64,000 bases of DNA, from the NCBI RefSeq assembly GCF_024521635.1, contig NW_026250419.1, positions 310,001 through 374,000 on the forward strand, written 5' to 3'. This document shows, piece by piece, positions 25,422-38,100 of this stretch (the stretch's first letter is position 1; each line of letters starts with the position of its first letter). The DNA is from Tricharina praecox (taxonomy: Eukaryota). Position numbers and translations under genes: made by a program. The notes below the pieces were generated by a model. It worked only from the letters and a program-made list of their open reading frames with translations. It searched no databases and had not been told where the DNA came from.

Positions 25422-26572
25422 TTGATCTTTCTTTGCGTTTTTTGGTGTGCGGTATATCTTTTTCTCATGAGATTTCTGGCGGTGGGTGGGGGCGGGCTAC
25501 TTTGTTTTTCGTGCTCAAATGTCTTTTTTTTGCTTTTGCTTTTGCGTGCTGTTGAACGGAGTTTGGCATCATGGACTGGACGACGACAGACGGACGACAA
25601 AGACGACTATGGACAGCTTTGCCACGATGAATATACGACGGCACTGGATACTTGAGTCTGTAGTTCACTAGACTTGTGGGGCAATGGTGTTCCTGTTGTG
25701 GTGGCGGGTTTTATGTGCATCACATACTACTTTTCTACATAGCGATGGGCGGTTTATGTGTTCTCGTTCTGTTTTTCTGTGCTTTGCTTTGGTGCTTTTG
25801 GTTACGTACGGTTGCGGTAGGTACTGGAGGCTTGCTTGGTTGTTTTGTGGATATGGGGATGGGGAAGTGTGTATCTCAGGGCGCGGAAGGTGTATTAAAT
25901 ACCTAGATCTTTTGTTCTGGATGTTGAAGGGCGTAGATAGCCTGCTTCCTGGATGGCCGGTTACGGTGCTTCCGGCCGGGGATTCTACTTGATTACTCAG
26001 CAACCGTGATTCTCCTCTCTAGGAATCTTCCGAGCTGAAAGCCAATCCGGCCGAAAGTAAGACTGTTGTGATATCTAGTGGTTGCTCCACCTTGCCAGGC
26101 CGCCCATAGTATTCTGCATAGACGAGTGACACGCTATGAAAACCTCCAAGCTGCAGCTTTCCCCACCCCAGCCCTTCCGCTCGAAATCACAAAGAACTCC
26201 TCACTTGACCACCCGATCCATCCACAAGCATCAATTCTCCGCAGCGGGTCCGTGCCACCGATTTTTAACCCCTAACCCACACTTCGATCTCCGCCGCCGC
26301 CGCTGCCGATCCCTGCAGATCCAGTCTTCGTGAGGGAGACACACCCATCTCCTTTGTCTCCACCGACAACGTCACCGCCTCCTTCAGCGCAGCAAACGGT
26401 TCGGATCCATATCAGCCCCAGCAACAAAAAGAAACCTCATTGTCAGAAAGAAATATGGCCATCTAGCCACCCACCGTCCGGTCAGTTCAGTGAAGCTCAC
26501 TTATAACCCGCCCCGCGACAGCCCGCGTCGCCACCCATTCAACCGGCTTCAGCTTTCAACGTACCGTAGACC

Positions 26573-27528
26573 ATGTCCGCAGCACCAGCCGCCGCCGCCG
26601 CAGCGGTCCTCACCTCCGCAGTTGAGCCCGCAGACCAGGAACCTACCATCAACAACAACACCACCGCCGCCGCCGCCGACCCCGACGCGGACCCCGCACC
26701 CTCCCCGCCTGCAACAACAAGCAACAGCACCACAACCAGAAAGCGGAAACACACACCCGCCGCCTCTGGCTCCGGGGTACCATCCACGCCCACCCCCGCC
26801 GAATTCGTGGGCCGCACGGTCTGGAGTAAACTGGACACAGTGAGCCATCCATCCCTCCTCCACCACCACCACCTCTCCGTCCTTCTTTCCTTCCGCCCCC
26901 CCTTCCTCTCCGCCTTCCCGCAGCCACGCTAATACCCGCACGCCATTAGCCGCTCCATGGCGCCATAGCGCGGATCACCAAGCGCTACCAAAAGCGGATC
27001 CAACGGGGCACGCGCAACCTCCCAGCGGAACGCGCATCCCTCGTCAAGGCGCAGAACTATGCGCGGCGCAACGGCGAGATCGCCGAGTTCCTGCGGGGCT
27101 ATGGAATAGCGGTCGAGAATCCTTCTCCGCCGCTGTCACCGGCGGCGGACGACGACGAGGATGAGGCGTCGCCTGCGGTCTCGCCGGTGCCGGAGAGACG
27201 GGAGAGTGGCAGGGGGAAGGGGAAGGAACTGCTGCGGGAGGGGGGGAAGACGAGGGAGGAGAAGACTAGGAAGCCGTCGGTGTTGGTGGAGACCCTGGAG
27301 GCGTCCCGGACGGCCGCAGTAAGTGCGAGGAATACGCTTACTGCATTGCGGTATGTAGCTTCGCATTGTGCAGACAGTGAGGGTGCAGTAGAGGCACAGA
27401 TTGCTATGGTCGAGAATTTTGCGATTGCTGCTGAGAGGTATGTGGGTGTTTTGATGGGGCAGATGCAGGCCAGTGCGGATGGTATCAGCGGAGAGAATGC
27501 GGCAGCCGTGGGTGTTGGGGATGGTTGA
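26573..27528 (+). CDS. Hypothetical protein, 2 exons
   Basis: Intron 26840-26949 (GTGAGC..GCTAAT..TAG) joins two ORFs in frame. Confidence 0.6.
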
Positions 27529-27876
27529 TGGACATGTGTATCATTTCGCTCAGATGTGGGTAGCTTCATATTGCACCCTCTTGTGGCGGTAGGCCAGTTG
27601 TATTTTTTTGTAGTGCGTTGGTAGGATACTCATGCAATATCACTCGCCTTACCGAATGCTTTTCCTTTTGGTGTGGAGTTGCGGATGGATTTCATTATAG
27701 CATATTTGTATCCAAAGGTCAAGGCTGATTAGCCGGAGAATATATCCAATGTTTGGTAGAACTCGGTCATAAATTATCATCTTCGGATACCCTCTTCATT
27801 CCTCTTCTTCCGTACACCCTGAAATCATAAACCTGCCCAAACCATAAGTCATTTTACCCGTGAAACATCATCCATT

Positions 27877-29244
27877 TTACAACTTCGACCCAGCATAAGA
27901 GCTGGCCTCATCAAACTGCTTTCCACCAGCAATAACCGCCACGGACCCCAGCTTCGTCCTCCTGGAGATTCTAACACCCGCCACGGCGGCCACAACCGCC
28001 GCAACGATAAGCACACCCAGGGTGACGACCGCACCAATAACACCAGCGACCTCCTTCGTCACAGCCCTCGTCTCTTGTTTGTATGGCAGACAGTAGTCCT
28101 CGGTAGAACTACAGAATGCACACCACTCCTCAACACTCTTGAGCGAGATCTTCTCCATTCCCGCTTTGAAGTCGGCCCACGACAGGGCAGCGGTGCTGCT
28201 GTCAAAGAGGCGGAAGCTCTCTGCAGGAGCATCAGTGCCGTTGCGGAAGAGGAAGCGGACCTTGAGCTCGCTTAGATCCCCCGGGAAGGCGTCGGTGTGC
28301 GAGTATAGCTCGAAGGCGAGGGTGGAGGCGTAGTCGGGCAGTCCGTAGAAGTTCGCGTTGACGGAGGGGAGGCCAGCGAGGGCGAAGAAGGATAGCATGG
28401 TGTCGTATGAGCCGATGTTGACGTTGAGGAGGTTCTTGGTGCCCTTGGAGTCGACAATCGCCTGCAATTGCTGTAGCACCTTGCTGGAGAAAGTGAGGCC
28501 GGAGACGGCGAGGGGGTCGTTGGCGGAGGAAATGGCGCCGGCTTTGGCCCATTCGGCGGAGTCGGCGAGGGTTCGCAGCTGGAAGAGCTCTTCTTGGGAT
28601 ATCGAGTTTGATATGGTCTTGTTGTGTACCATCCCGACGTTGACGTAATCGAAGATATTGTAGGCATTGCTGTAGGACAGCTTGCTCTTGGGAAGGACAC
28701 CAGCGAAGATGTTGTCGTAGAAGGAAAGGTAGAAGTCCTTCGTTGACGCTTCAAGGGCTTTAAACTCGGCCGTTGAGTTCCATCTGTCGGCAAGATCATC
28801 GTACGCAGGACATCCGTCGTCACCCTTAAGCCAGATGCTCGCCGGAGAGTCCGAAGGTATCGTGGCGAGAGGGACATATTGATATCCTGACAGCGGATGC
28901 TCAGATGTCTCATTGAGCGGAGGGTACAATCCCTGGAGGAAAACCTGACCAGACGTGACGAGGAGGGGCTGATCAGGTGTAGCGGCCGAGAACTGGGCGG
29001 AGTTGTAAACATCCTCACTGAGGTTTACAATCTGGTACCCGGAGACCGAATCGAGCCAGCGAGACCGCCAGTATGTACTGGAGTTGTAGAGCTGCTGCTG
29101 GCCGACGGCGGTGAGCGTTGTGGGTGGTGCTCCCTTCCATGTTCGGTCTCCGTGACGAGAGAATATCACGGCGCCTTTGACTGTGTCTGCATGGGCTGCG
29201 GCCAATTCGGCGGCCAGGAGGAGGACTGCGATTGATCGAAGCAT
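27877..29244 (-). CDS. Histidine acid phosphatase with signal peptide and C-terminal TM helix
   Basis: RHGDRT catalytic motif, hydrophobic N-terminus, VAGVIGAVVTLGV TM segment. Confidence 0.9.
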   Translation of the reverse strand: MLRSIAVLLLAAELAAAHADTVKGAVIFSRHGDRTWKGAPPTTLTAVGQQQLYNSSTYWRSRWLDSVSGYQIVNLSEDVYNSAQFSAATPDQPLLVTSGQVFLQGLYPPLNETSEHPLSGYQYVPLATIPSDSPASIWLKGDDGCPAYDDLADRWNSTAEFKALEASTKDFYLSFYDNIFAGVLPKSKLSYSNAYNIFDYVNVGMVHNKTISNSISQEELFQLRTLADSAEWAKAGAISSANDPLAVSGLTFSSKVLQQLQAIVDSKGTKNLLNVNIGSYDTMLSFFALAGLPSVNANFYGLPDYASTLAFELYSHTDAFPGDLSELKVRFLFRNGTDAPAESFRLFDSSTAALSWADFKAGMEKISLKSVEEWCAFCSSTEDYCLPYKQETRAVTKEVAGVIGAVVTLGVLIVAAVVAAVAGVRISRRTKLGSVAVIAGGKQFDEASSYAGSKL

Positions 29245-30900
29245 AGTGAAGATATAAAACGCCGGACTGAAAACTTTAGGCGCAAAGGACGTCGAACGTG
29301 GGGTATTTATGCCTTTTATGCTTCTCGCATATTGTTGATCACTACCGAAAGAGCCGTGCCTTCCCGAAAGTCAAAATGGGGGACGCTCTACTTCTTATCC
29401 AACTATAGACATTGCATTTGCACATAATTACCCAGAAGGGTAGATGCCCACGATTATGCCCAACAATGTCTCTTCGGAAGACCTAATAGCGGTGGTGTCT
29501 CGCGTGGAATCTGTAAGCCCCGCACCTTTGGCCCTTTAGCGCGACTCAATGCCGAAGGGCCTGTGGAATCGACAAGCCTATCGGTTGGTTTGCAGTGCCT
29601 TATCGATAAAAGTTCTTTTTCCCAGCGGCCAGCACCGGCACGGAAGGTCAAACTTCGCGACCCGCCGAGGCTATGACTGAGTGAGGTAAAACGGTAGTGT
29701 CAGGTAATATGTGATGCTTCCGTCGGAGTTTGACGGTGGACATCTCCTCGGAGGAACGATGGAAGGCAGACAGGGGTGAAACTTGGGAGGCCCCTCATTC
29801 CCCTCAATTGGCCATCTCTCACGATCGTCCGTATTGCGGCCCTCTTGATGGAAGGCTCAGTGCGATACTTGCTACATAGCACTCGGGAAACTTGCCGTCC
29901 ATAGCTTCTGCTCACGTGCGTACCTTTAGTTCACCTACCACTCTTGGCTCTTTCTCCACTCCAACCTGAAGACGTTCCTCGATACCTAGCTAATCCCACA
30001 TCGTGATCGACGCCGAATCGCGATCGGTGAGTCCGGCTTACTACTTTCTTGCGGTGCGGGTCGAGATTCTACATGGTTACTGGTCTCAAACCTAACACCC
30101 AGCCCCTGGCAGCTCGATCACGTGACATGCGACATATATCCTCACTCAGTCTTTACCGTGTATCTACTTTTCTGGGACAGGCCGGGGCGGAGGGCAGGGA
30201 AAGCCACATCGGGCCGCTCGATGCAAGTCGGATTGGACAGTGGCGTGGAAACGGGGGGTTGAACGGGGTGATAGTGCCATGATCTAGATAGGCCGCATGT
30301 AATTACTTGTAATTACTGATCAAACAAAAACAGAAATGAATATATCTGCTGCACGAAAGGACCCTTGTGTGGTTGCCATAGTCTGTACAGGCCGTATGCA
30401 ATTAAAAAACTGAACTGCTCTCTCTGAATATATCTGCTGTACCGGAGTGTGCACCATCACTAGAGTCGCCCCTTAAAACTTGGTGTGCTCACTGAAGTTG
30501 ACTGCTGGTATGTGTGGAGGAGGGCCTCCAGTGACCAAGGTCGGATGGCCCACGATGTTCCCGCTGAAGTGCTGGTGCTTGCACATCGCTGCCGGCTTCT
30601 CTAAAGTAAAACAAAGTGGTGGCTTGTGCTACCACGTCTGGGACCTTTTGAGCAAACAACCACAACAACCAGCTAACCTCCTCCTCGCTGCAACACAGCT
30701 TTTCTTTCTTCTCAACCTTCCATCAAACGTCCATCTCACTCCTTTCAATCTTTCTTTTTCTTTCCTCGCGACCACTAAAACTACCGCCCATCACCACTTT
30801 CCCGCAGAAGTCTCTCTCTTGCCCTTCCCTGCCCCCATATCCATCTCAATCAACAGCAAAGTCAACAATCTCCGTCATACCTCCCACCTTACCGCACGCC

Positions 30901-32454
30901 ATGGCCACCCAAGCTTACAGGGCCTCAATGCCGCAGGCTCCTCGCAAGTACGCTGTTCACGAGCTGCTCGCCATGAGGTTGACCCTGCCGTTCGTCTCAT
31001 GTCCTCTCCACAAGTTCACCAAAGATGCCTGGGCGTACGGCATCATCAAGACGCACTTTGCCAATCAACCGAACGTACGAAATCCTTCCTTCTAGCACCA
31101 TCATGCTTCCTTTCATCCCTTCTCCAAGATTATACTAGGTACTGACCTTAATAGACGGCCCGTTGGACCCCTCCGACTGAACTTGATCAGGAACGTCCTG
31201 AGCAGCACAAGCACCAGCCAGGAGGATACCTAGGTGGTGGAGGAGTGCGTAGTTCGCCTACGCCAGTTAAGACCGGTGAAACTGGCGGAGCGAGAGGAAG
31301 GGGAGGAGGACATGGCCATGTTGCACCTTCGGGATTGCCGTCCATCGAAACCCCGCAGATGCATCAGCAGCCCACCCTTCCTTATTCCGCTCCGGAATAC
31401 AGGTCGGAATACAAGCGTCATTTGTCTTCCCCTATGGCGACGACGCACACTCCTATGACTCCCATGCAGAGCCATATGGCACCGATGCAGTCTGCAAGGA
31501 CGAGCATAGGCGACCGAATCTCACCAGACTTCGAGCCGATGATGGGTAGCATGGATCCACTCCGTCAGGGAATCCTTCACAACATCGCCAGGTTCTACCC
31601 ACACCTCGCTGAAATATATGCGACTAGCTATCGTCAACTTCAATCGGCTACGCCGTCCCTAACCGCGCAAAATTTTCAGGCTCAGCAGCTCCTCGCAGCT
31701 CAGCAGCTCCAGGCCGCGCACCATTATCAGTCGCTCCAGTCGTCCGCGTTGTATTCCGGTTTTTCCCCATCCCAACCGGCAATGCCGACCTTTGAACAGA
31801 GGCTGGCGAGCATGTCTTTGGAATCCCCGATTTCGCAGCGCCGCATTAATCCTGTTGATCTTTCTGGTGGTTATCCAGCTGTCACGATTGGTGCTACCGG
31901 TTATGCTCGTGGACTCTCACAAGGATTTGTTCCAGGAGGAACTCTCAAGACCGTCCCCATGACTGCCTTGACCCCGACCCTGGAGATAGACGAGCCGAAG
32001 TGGGATGCTTCTACTGCTCCAGCTAGACCTCAGTTCGACCCTAGCGGACAGAAGTCTGGAGGCAGACGCGGCTTCAAAGGTCAGGCCGACACCAGCGAGC
32101 TCTTCCCACAGCCGACGCCCAAGAACACTGGATCTCGCGGTACCGGCAGGCAGTACGAGCAGTTTAACCCCAAAAATACCGGACCAGGTGGTACTAGCAA
32201 TGGCCGTCCCGAACAAAAACACAACACTCAACCCAACACTCCGCTCTCTCAAGATAAGGCCAACATCCAGGGTGCGCCAGCTACCGACAAAGGGAAGGCC
32301 AGGGAAGTCATTCCTGACGTCGCCGAAGAGATCTTGGTTCCGCCCCCTGCTATGCTTGGGTATTTATCCCCCTTTCGCCGAAAGCTGCGTTTACTGACCG
32401 TCATTCAGCGCTAGTTCCGCCAGAGAGCACCAGCTCGCATTCATCCAGGTTTGA
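30901..32454 (+). CDS. Hypothetical low-complexity protein with N-terminal YxxxxL-phi motif, 3 exons
   Basis: Introns 31075-31154 and 32360-32408 give a continuous frame; RKYAVHELLAMR near the N-terminus. Confidence 0.65.
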
Positions 32455-33758
32455 AATAGATCCCTATTATGGTGGGCTGGACTGACTGAGACCATTAGTT
32501 TATGAAAATGAAGAGCACTGCGAGGTCCAAGCATCAGCAGCAGCTGAAGGAGAACATGAATGCCACTTCCGCCGGCGGTTCCGACATGAGCTCGCATAGT
32601 GGTTACGGCTCTGGTTCTGCTGGGACTGTGTACTAAGTGCAAGCTTGGTGGCGACTCCAAAGTTTGAAGGTTCCTGTTGTTCCGTTGGTGTCTTCATTGT
32701 TTTCTGTCCTTTTGTTACGATTGACGCAAGGGGGGTAGGGAGTGGATTTTTTTGTTCGCGGGGATACCTGCAACTGTTGAAATACTCATGCCCTAGTACT
32801 GTCGGTGCCTTTGGCTGGGGGTTCGGGGGTGTAGAGATGATTCGATGGTTTGTTTCTTTGCGTTGGGGGTTCTCGGCAGAGAGCAGGGGGCAGCTTTTGT
32901 TCTAGCCTTCTACCGAGTGATCGCAATTGCTTTTCTTCATTGTTAACGTGGAAAAATGTACAATAGATACCACGACGTACATGCACTCATCTTCACTTCA
33001 CTCCACTTGACAAAACAAAACAATTGGTCGTCCGATTCGGATTAAACTCAAATTAACTGGAATTGAAATCTAAATGTGTATATATGATCAAAAATGTCCC
33101 TCGCATTCAAACCGACTTCCAGCACGGAGGAAATCTTAGGGGCCGGTCTGCAACGCGATGGTATATGTGGATCTTTATCCGCCAATTGTTTACCTCCGAC
33201 AACCATAGCTCACGAAAAGAATCGTGTGATTGCCGTGGTGATATTATTGGCGTTGAAAAGGGAAGTAATGGGAGAAGGGGGGATAAGGGGAAGAGTGGAG
33301 GGTTGCGCATGTGCTGAACGAGCTGGGAGATATCGATCTTGGATGAGGTATGGTTTGCTGAACTGGTAGGGTCGTTTGTTGATATGGAATGATAACATCC
33401 TCGTGTACACCGAATAGTCGTCTCGCCCAGCAGTGGTGAAGGCAGTGGTCCTGGTAATTAACATCCAACTCTACCATCACTGAAATCACACCGTTTCATC
33501 AGAGCACATCCGTTAATCCCGAAAAAAACCCAAACCTGAGTATATATCTCTATACTCAGCCCGCAAAACAACTCCGAAACCCCAATGTGCCGTGATGATG
33601 AGACGCAAATTATTTTTTTGCTTTCATACACCGGCGTGAGAGAAAGACAGCAGAAAACGTAGCCAACCCCTAATACCCAAACTAAAACTAGCGGTATGAA
33701 GCACCCTTTCTATTTTCCCACTGCTAGCCACGCCGCCTACCGCCGCTCATTTTGTCGT

Positions 33759-34411
33759 TTAAGCAGTGGTCTCGGTACCCTTGCCGCCCTTCCGCGTCAG
33801 GATAGCCTCACGGTCCTTGTCGAGCTTCAGCTTGGTGATGATGACCTTGCTCGGTGAAATGCCGACGGGAACCGACTGGCCGTTGACCTTCTCGCGGGTC
33901 ACACGCTCGACGTGCACGACGTACTTGAGACGGTAGACCGATGTGACCTTGCCCTCACGACCCTTGAGAGATCCACGAGTGATGATAACCTCGTCGTCCT
34001 TGCGGATGGGGATGGAGCGGACCTGGAGAGCAGCCGGATGCGTTAGGGACGATTGCGCTTCGAAGTGTACGGAGTAGACGGGGTGAAGAATAAGGAGAAA
34101 GGGTAGGTACTCCGTGCTTCTCACGCAGCTCCTTGGACAAAGGGGCCGACATGATGGTTCTGCGGACCGACGAAGGGGCCGAGAAGTGAGCCTTACGCGA
34201 CTTTCTGCGCGAAGAGGCGAGTCCTGATGCGAAAACACAGCTCCATCAGCATTTCCGTCTTTTTAAAGCTTTGCGTTCCCGCTCTTTGCACCCCAGCGCT
34301 CCATCTCTCCTCCGCGCTATTTGCCCTCGCTGCTCAATTCCACCACCGCAAAGAACCCAATCCTCCAAAGTAGCAGAATTTTGGTAACACACCGTTGTTG
34401 AGCTTAACCAT
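33759..34411 (-). CDS. RPL26: 60S ribosomal protein L26 (uL24), 3 exons
   Basis: [54 protein letters not shown]...KLKLDKDR. Confidence 0.97.
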
Positions 34412-34544
34412 TGCGTCGTTCGGTGGTCGGTCGTTCGGGGGAGGTTGCTGGGGTCTTCGGGGGGGTCGCGGAGTTGGCGTTGCGGCGTTGCGGGTGTTGA
34501 TTTTTCGTGAAATTGGAATGTGCTCTGTGGGGCGAAGCATGCGC

Positions 34545-34655
34545 CAGGCGGGTGACTACTGCGCACAACAAGCTTGGATTTGTGCGGGCGAGGGTTACAG
34601 ACCCTAATCTCCTGCAGTTATGTAACGAGCTAAAGTGAAGGGTACCCTAGCAGCC
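34545..34655 (-). promoter_or_regulatory. Possible ribosomal-protein promoter elements (AGGGT/ACCCT motifs, GTGACT)
   Basis: gagggttacagaccctaat, agggtaccctag and ggtgact lie 130-240 bp upstream of RPL26 and loosely resemble fungal Homol-E/Homol-D elements. Confidence 0.3.
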
Positions 34656-35113
34656 ATATTAGGTTAGCTGAGAAGGTTCCCGCCGAGCCTCATCGCGCTA
34701 CTGCGCTTTTGCTCGTGACCTTGGGATGAGAGCTCCGCCCACGTTTGTTTATCATATTTGCAGCTACCTTTTCACCAGTGTGCTTCAACGACTGCATATT
34801 TCACGTCAATAATCAGATAAAGCAAACACCCACGAACCAAAGCCAACAGATCAAATCTACGGTACTTCCCAGTAAGACATGTACGTATATTTTACTCCCG
34901 TGATTGGTGAAATTGTGCTGGGTTTATCTGGGTTGCATAAGCATGGCGGCAACAGAGTCGCGTACCGCTCATAGCTTTAACGAATAATGTCGATCGCACG
35001 CTGATTCCACGCTGATTCCGCCGCTACAGAACACCCTCAACTCCGTTCGGTTTGCTTCCCGTCTACCCCCGAACGTAGTGCGCACGCGCGCTTGTCGTCG
35101 GGAGTGAGCAGAA

Positions 35114-38100
35114 ATGTCTTTAGACAGCGACTTTTCCTACGACGCGTCGGCGCAAAATCTCAATCCTCGGCGTGCACCTGTTCCCTCTGGAGACCGGCCT
35201 CCGTATCCGCTACAGCAGTATGTGAGGCCGGAAATCACTCGACAAACTGGGAAATGGGGTTACAACGGTACTCCTTATCCGACTATGCAGGGATATCAAA
35301 GCCCAAACTTCGGCGGAGGTGTTGGTGTCGGCGATGCGACTGACCGTCATGGGCCGGGCACGGTGGATTATGGGCAGAGATACCCGGTGGCCCAAGAAGA
35401 CTACCCCAACGTAGCTACTGTGAGTGAAAGCCCCGATTCACAGCACGCGGGAAGCCGTGCTGACCTTCGTAGCAGCAACACCAGCCTCAAAAGTACGAGC
35501 AGCAGCAAACCTACCGTCCGCAACAGACAAGTCACGCACAGCAGTACTACACACAGGGACAGCCCGTCTCTACGTACACGGCCCCGACGTACACGGCCCA
35601 GGCCCTGCCTCCACAAACCTCGTCGGCCTACATGACTCCCGCGTACACGGCTTCTGCCCCGGCTACCCAAACGTCAGAGTACTACAAGCCGTCGCCTCCA
35701 CAGAGGGCACAATCGCTAGCCCGCCAGCCAAGTGTGGACAGTTTCGGGGGACAGCCCCCAGCACAGCAGAGGACGAATGTTGGGCAAGGGTTTCAGCAAA
35801 CTTCGGGCGTGGACCAGAGTTATCAGTACCCTAGTCGGATCCAACCTTCAGCGCTGGCATCTTCGTCGCAACAGTCCACCGTATTTCCACAGGCATCTGC
35901 GGGACATGCCCAAGGTGCTCGGTCAACGGCTCAGTTGGCACTGTTGGAACACAATCGGCAGGAACAACTCAAACTCTTCCAACAGCAGTCGCAGAGGGAC
36001 CAACAGTTGCAGGAGGAGAGGGAGCAGCAGTTATGGAGAGAGAAACAACAGAGGGAGCAGCAGCAGAGAGAGCGGCAGCAGAGAGACCAACAGCAGAGAG
36101 ACCAACAGCAGAGAGACCAACAGCTGAGAGAGCAGCAACAGAGAGAGCAGCAGCGGAAAGAGCAGCAGCGGAAAAAGCAGCAGCTGAGAGAGCAGCAACA
36201 GAGGGAGCAACAGCTGAGAGACCAACAGCCGAGAGACCAACAGCTGAGAGACCAACAGCTGAGAGACCAACAGCTGAGAGACCAACAGCTGAGAGACCAA
36301 CAGCTGAGAGAGAAGCAACAGAGGGAGCAGCAGCTGAGAGACCAACAACTACAGCGAGAGCAGCAGCTACAGAGAGAGAAAGAATGGGCGATTGAAAAAG
36401 CCCGGCACCAAGCCTCGATTGTGCAACCTCCCACCTCTTTGCCTCCTCCGATTATACCTGTCCCTCCGGCAGAGCAGGGACAAGCGAAGTCGCCGACGCC
36501 GGTGCTGCGCTCGAAGAGCGTGCCCGTACCACCGATGGTTAAGAAGCCTCAGAAGCCTCAGCCACGGCTATATCTCCCCGAGCCAGCTAAGCCTCGCGTT
36601 ACTCCCGGACCGGTCGTGCCTGCTTTCGGTACTTCACAAGCTCCTCAATCTATCCAGGCTTCTCAAGTTTCTCAGGCTCACGGAGCTCCTCAAGCTCCTC
36701 GGAGTCATCTTGCTCCCCAAGCGACTCATGTGCCTCAGGCTCCTCAGGCTAAGGCCCCCCGTACTGCTGGTGCTCCTCAAGCTCTCCAACCCCCTCGGAC
36801 CCCTCCGACTGCTCAATCTCATCCAGCTCCCCAAACCTCTCAAGACCGCCCGGTATCCCAAGCTCCCAAGGCTCCTCAGGCTGCTCGGAGTCATCCGACC
36901 CACCAAACGACTCAGGTGGTTCCGGCCCCTCCGCCTGTTCAAGCCGCAGCTATCCCAGTTTCCGAGAAGCAGCAGCAGCCCCAGCAACCAGTGATCGTGA
37001 CAGGCTCGTTGCCAGTGACAGGCGCTGCTGTTAGTGGAGTGCCTAAACAGGAACTAGATGTTCACGGATATCTTGCTATGCTCAGGACGAGTGACCCTAC
37101 TCTCTATAACTCAATTATTTCGGATGCCCTGAGGAATCAGTCACCACTCATTGAGACGCTACAAACCTTACAATTGCCTGTATCCACTCCCGTTGCACAG
37201 CCTGCTACCCCTAACCAGGCCGAAGCTCTGCAACTTGCCCCACAACAGCAACAGCAGCTTCAGCCTGTGCCTTCTCCCGCTGGGAAAATTGCTACTTCAC
37301 ACCAGCCACAACCTCCGCGACAGGTTCCGCGACAGGTTCCGCAACAGGCTCCACAACAGGCCCCGCAAAAGGCCCCGCAAAAGGCTCCGCAACAGGCTCC
37401 GCAACAGGCTCCGCAACAGGCTCCGCAACAAGCTCCGCAACAGGTTCCTCCGCAACAGGCTCTTCCGCTGCAGCAGGTTCCGTGGGCATCACAACCGCCA
37501 CAGATATCGCATTTGCGACCAGCTCAACCTTTGCAGCAGTCTCGGATTTCCGCCCCTGCGATCGGTGGTTCTGTTTGCCAGCCTTCTGCTCCAGGTCAAA
37601 CGCTCCAGGCACCACATGGAGTCACAACGCCATCGCAGAAGCGGCCACTGCCGGTCGCGGACATTGAGGTGCTCGCAGCAGCGGCATGTGCATTCCATCT
37701 GACCAAAGGGGTATCCGTTCTAGTCGAGACGATCAAGCAGTTGCTTCGGGACGCCAACGATTTCGACATCATGTGTGCATACTTCGACACTCTAGGGCAC
37801 TTGTACGATAGAGGTGAGTTGGCTCGGTACATGATAGCTTCTTTGGAGCAGGCTAAAAATGGAGGCTACACTCCGCCGGTTCCACCTCCCCGGGCGATAT
37901 ATCAGCAAGCCCCGTACGGGACACCTCCGCAACCTGCTCCAATAGTGCAGATAGATCAACTCCGGGGTCCAGGACATGCCGGAGATACCCCGAGCGGTGT
38001 TCGGAGCGGGAGGAGGGCTCAAGGAAGCTCGACAGTCGTAGTCACACCTCCATCAGGACCCGCGCAGATAAATTCTACGGCAGCCCAGCTGAAATGGGTA

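Noticed and set aside
36040..36380. Regular repeats as a CRISPR-like array
   Set aside because: Tandem in-frame coding minisatellite without unique spacers, in a eukaryotic gene
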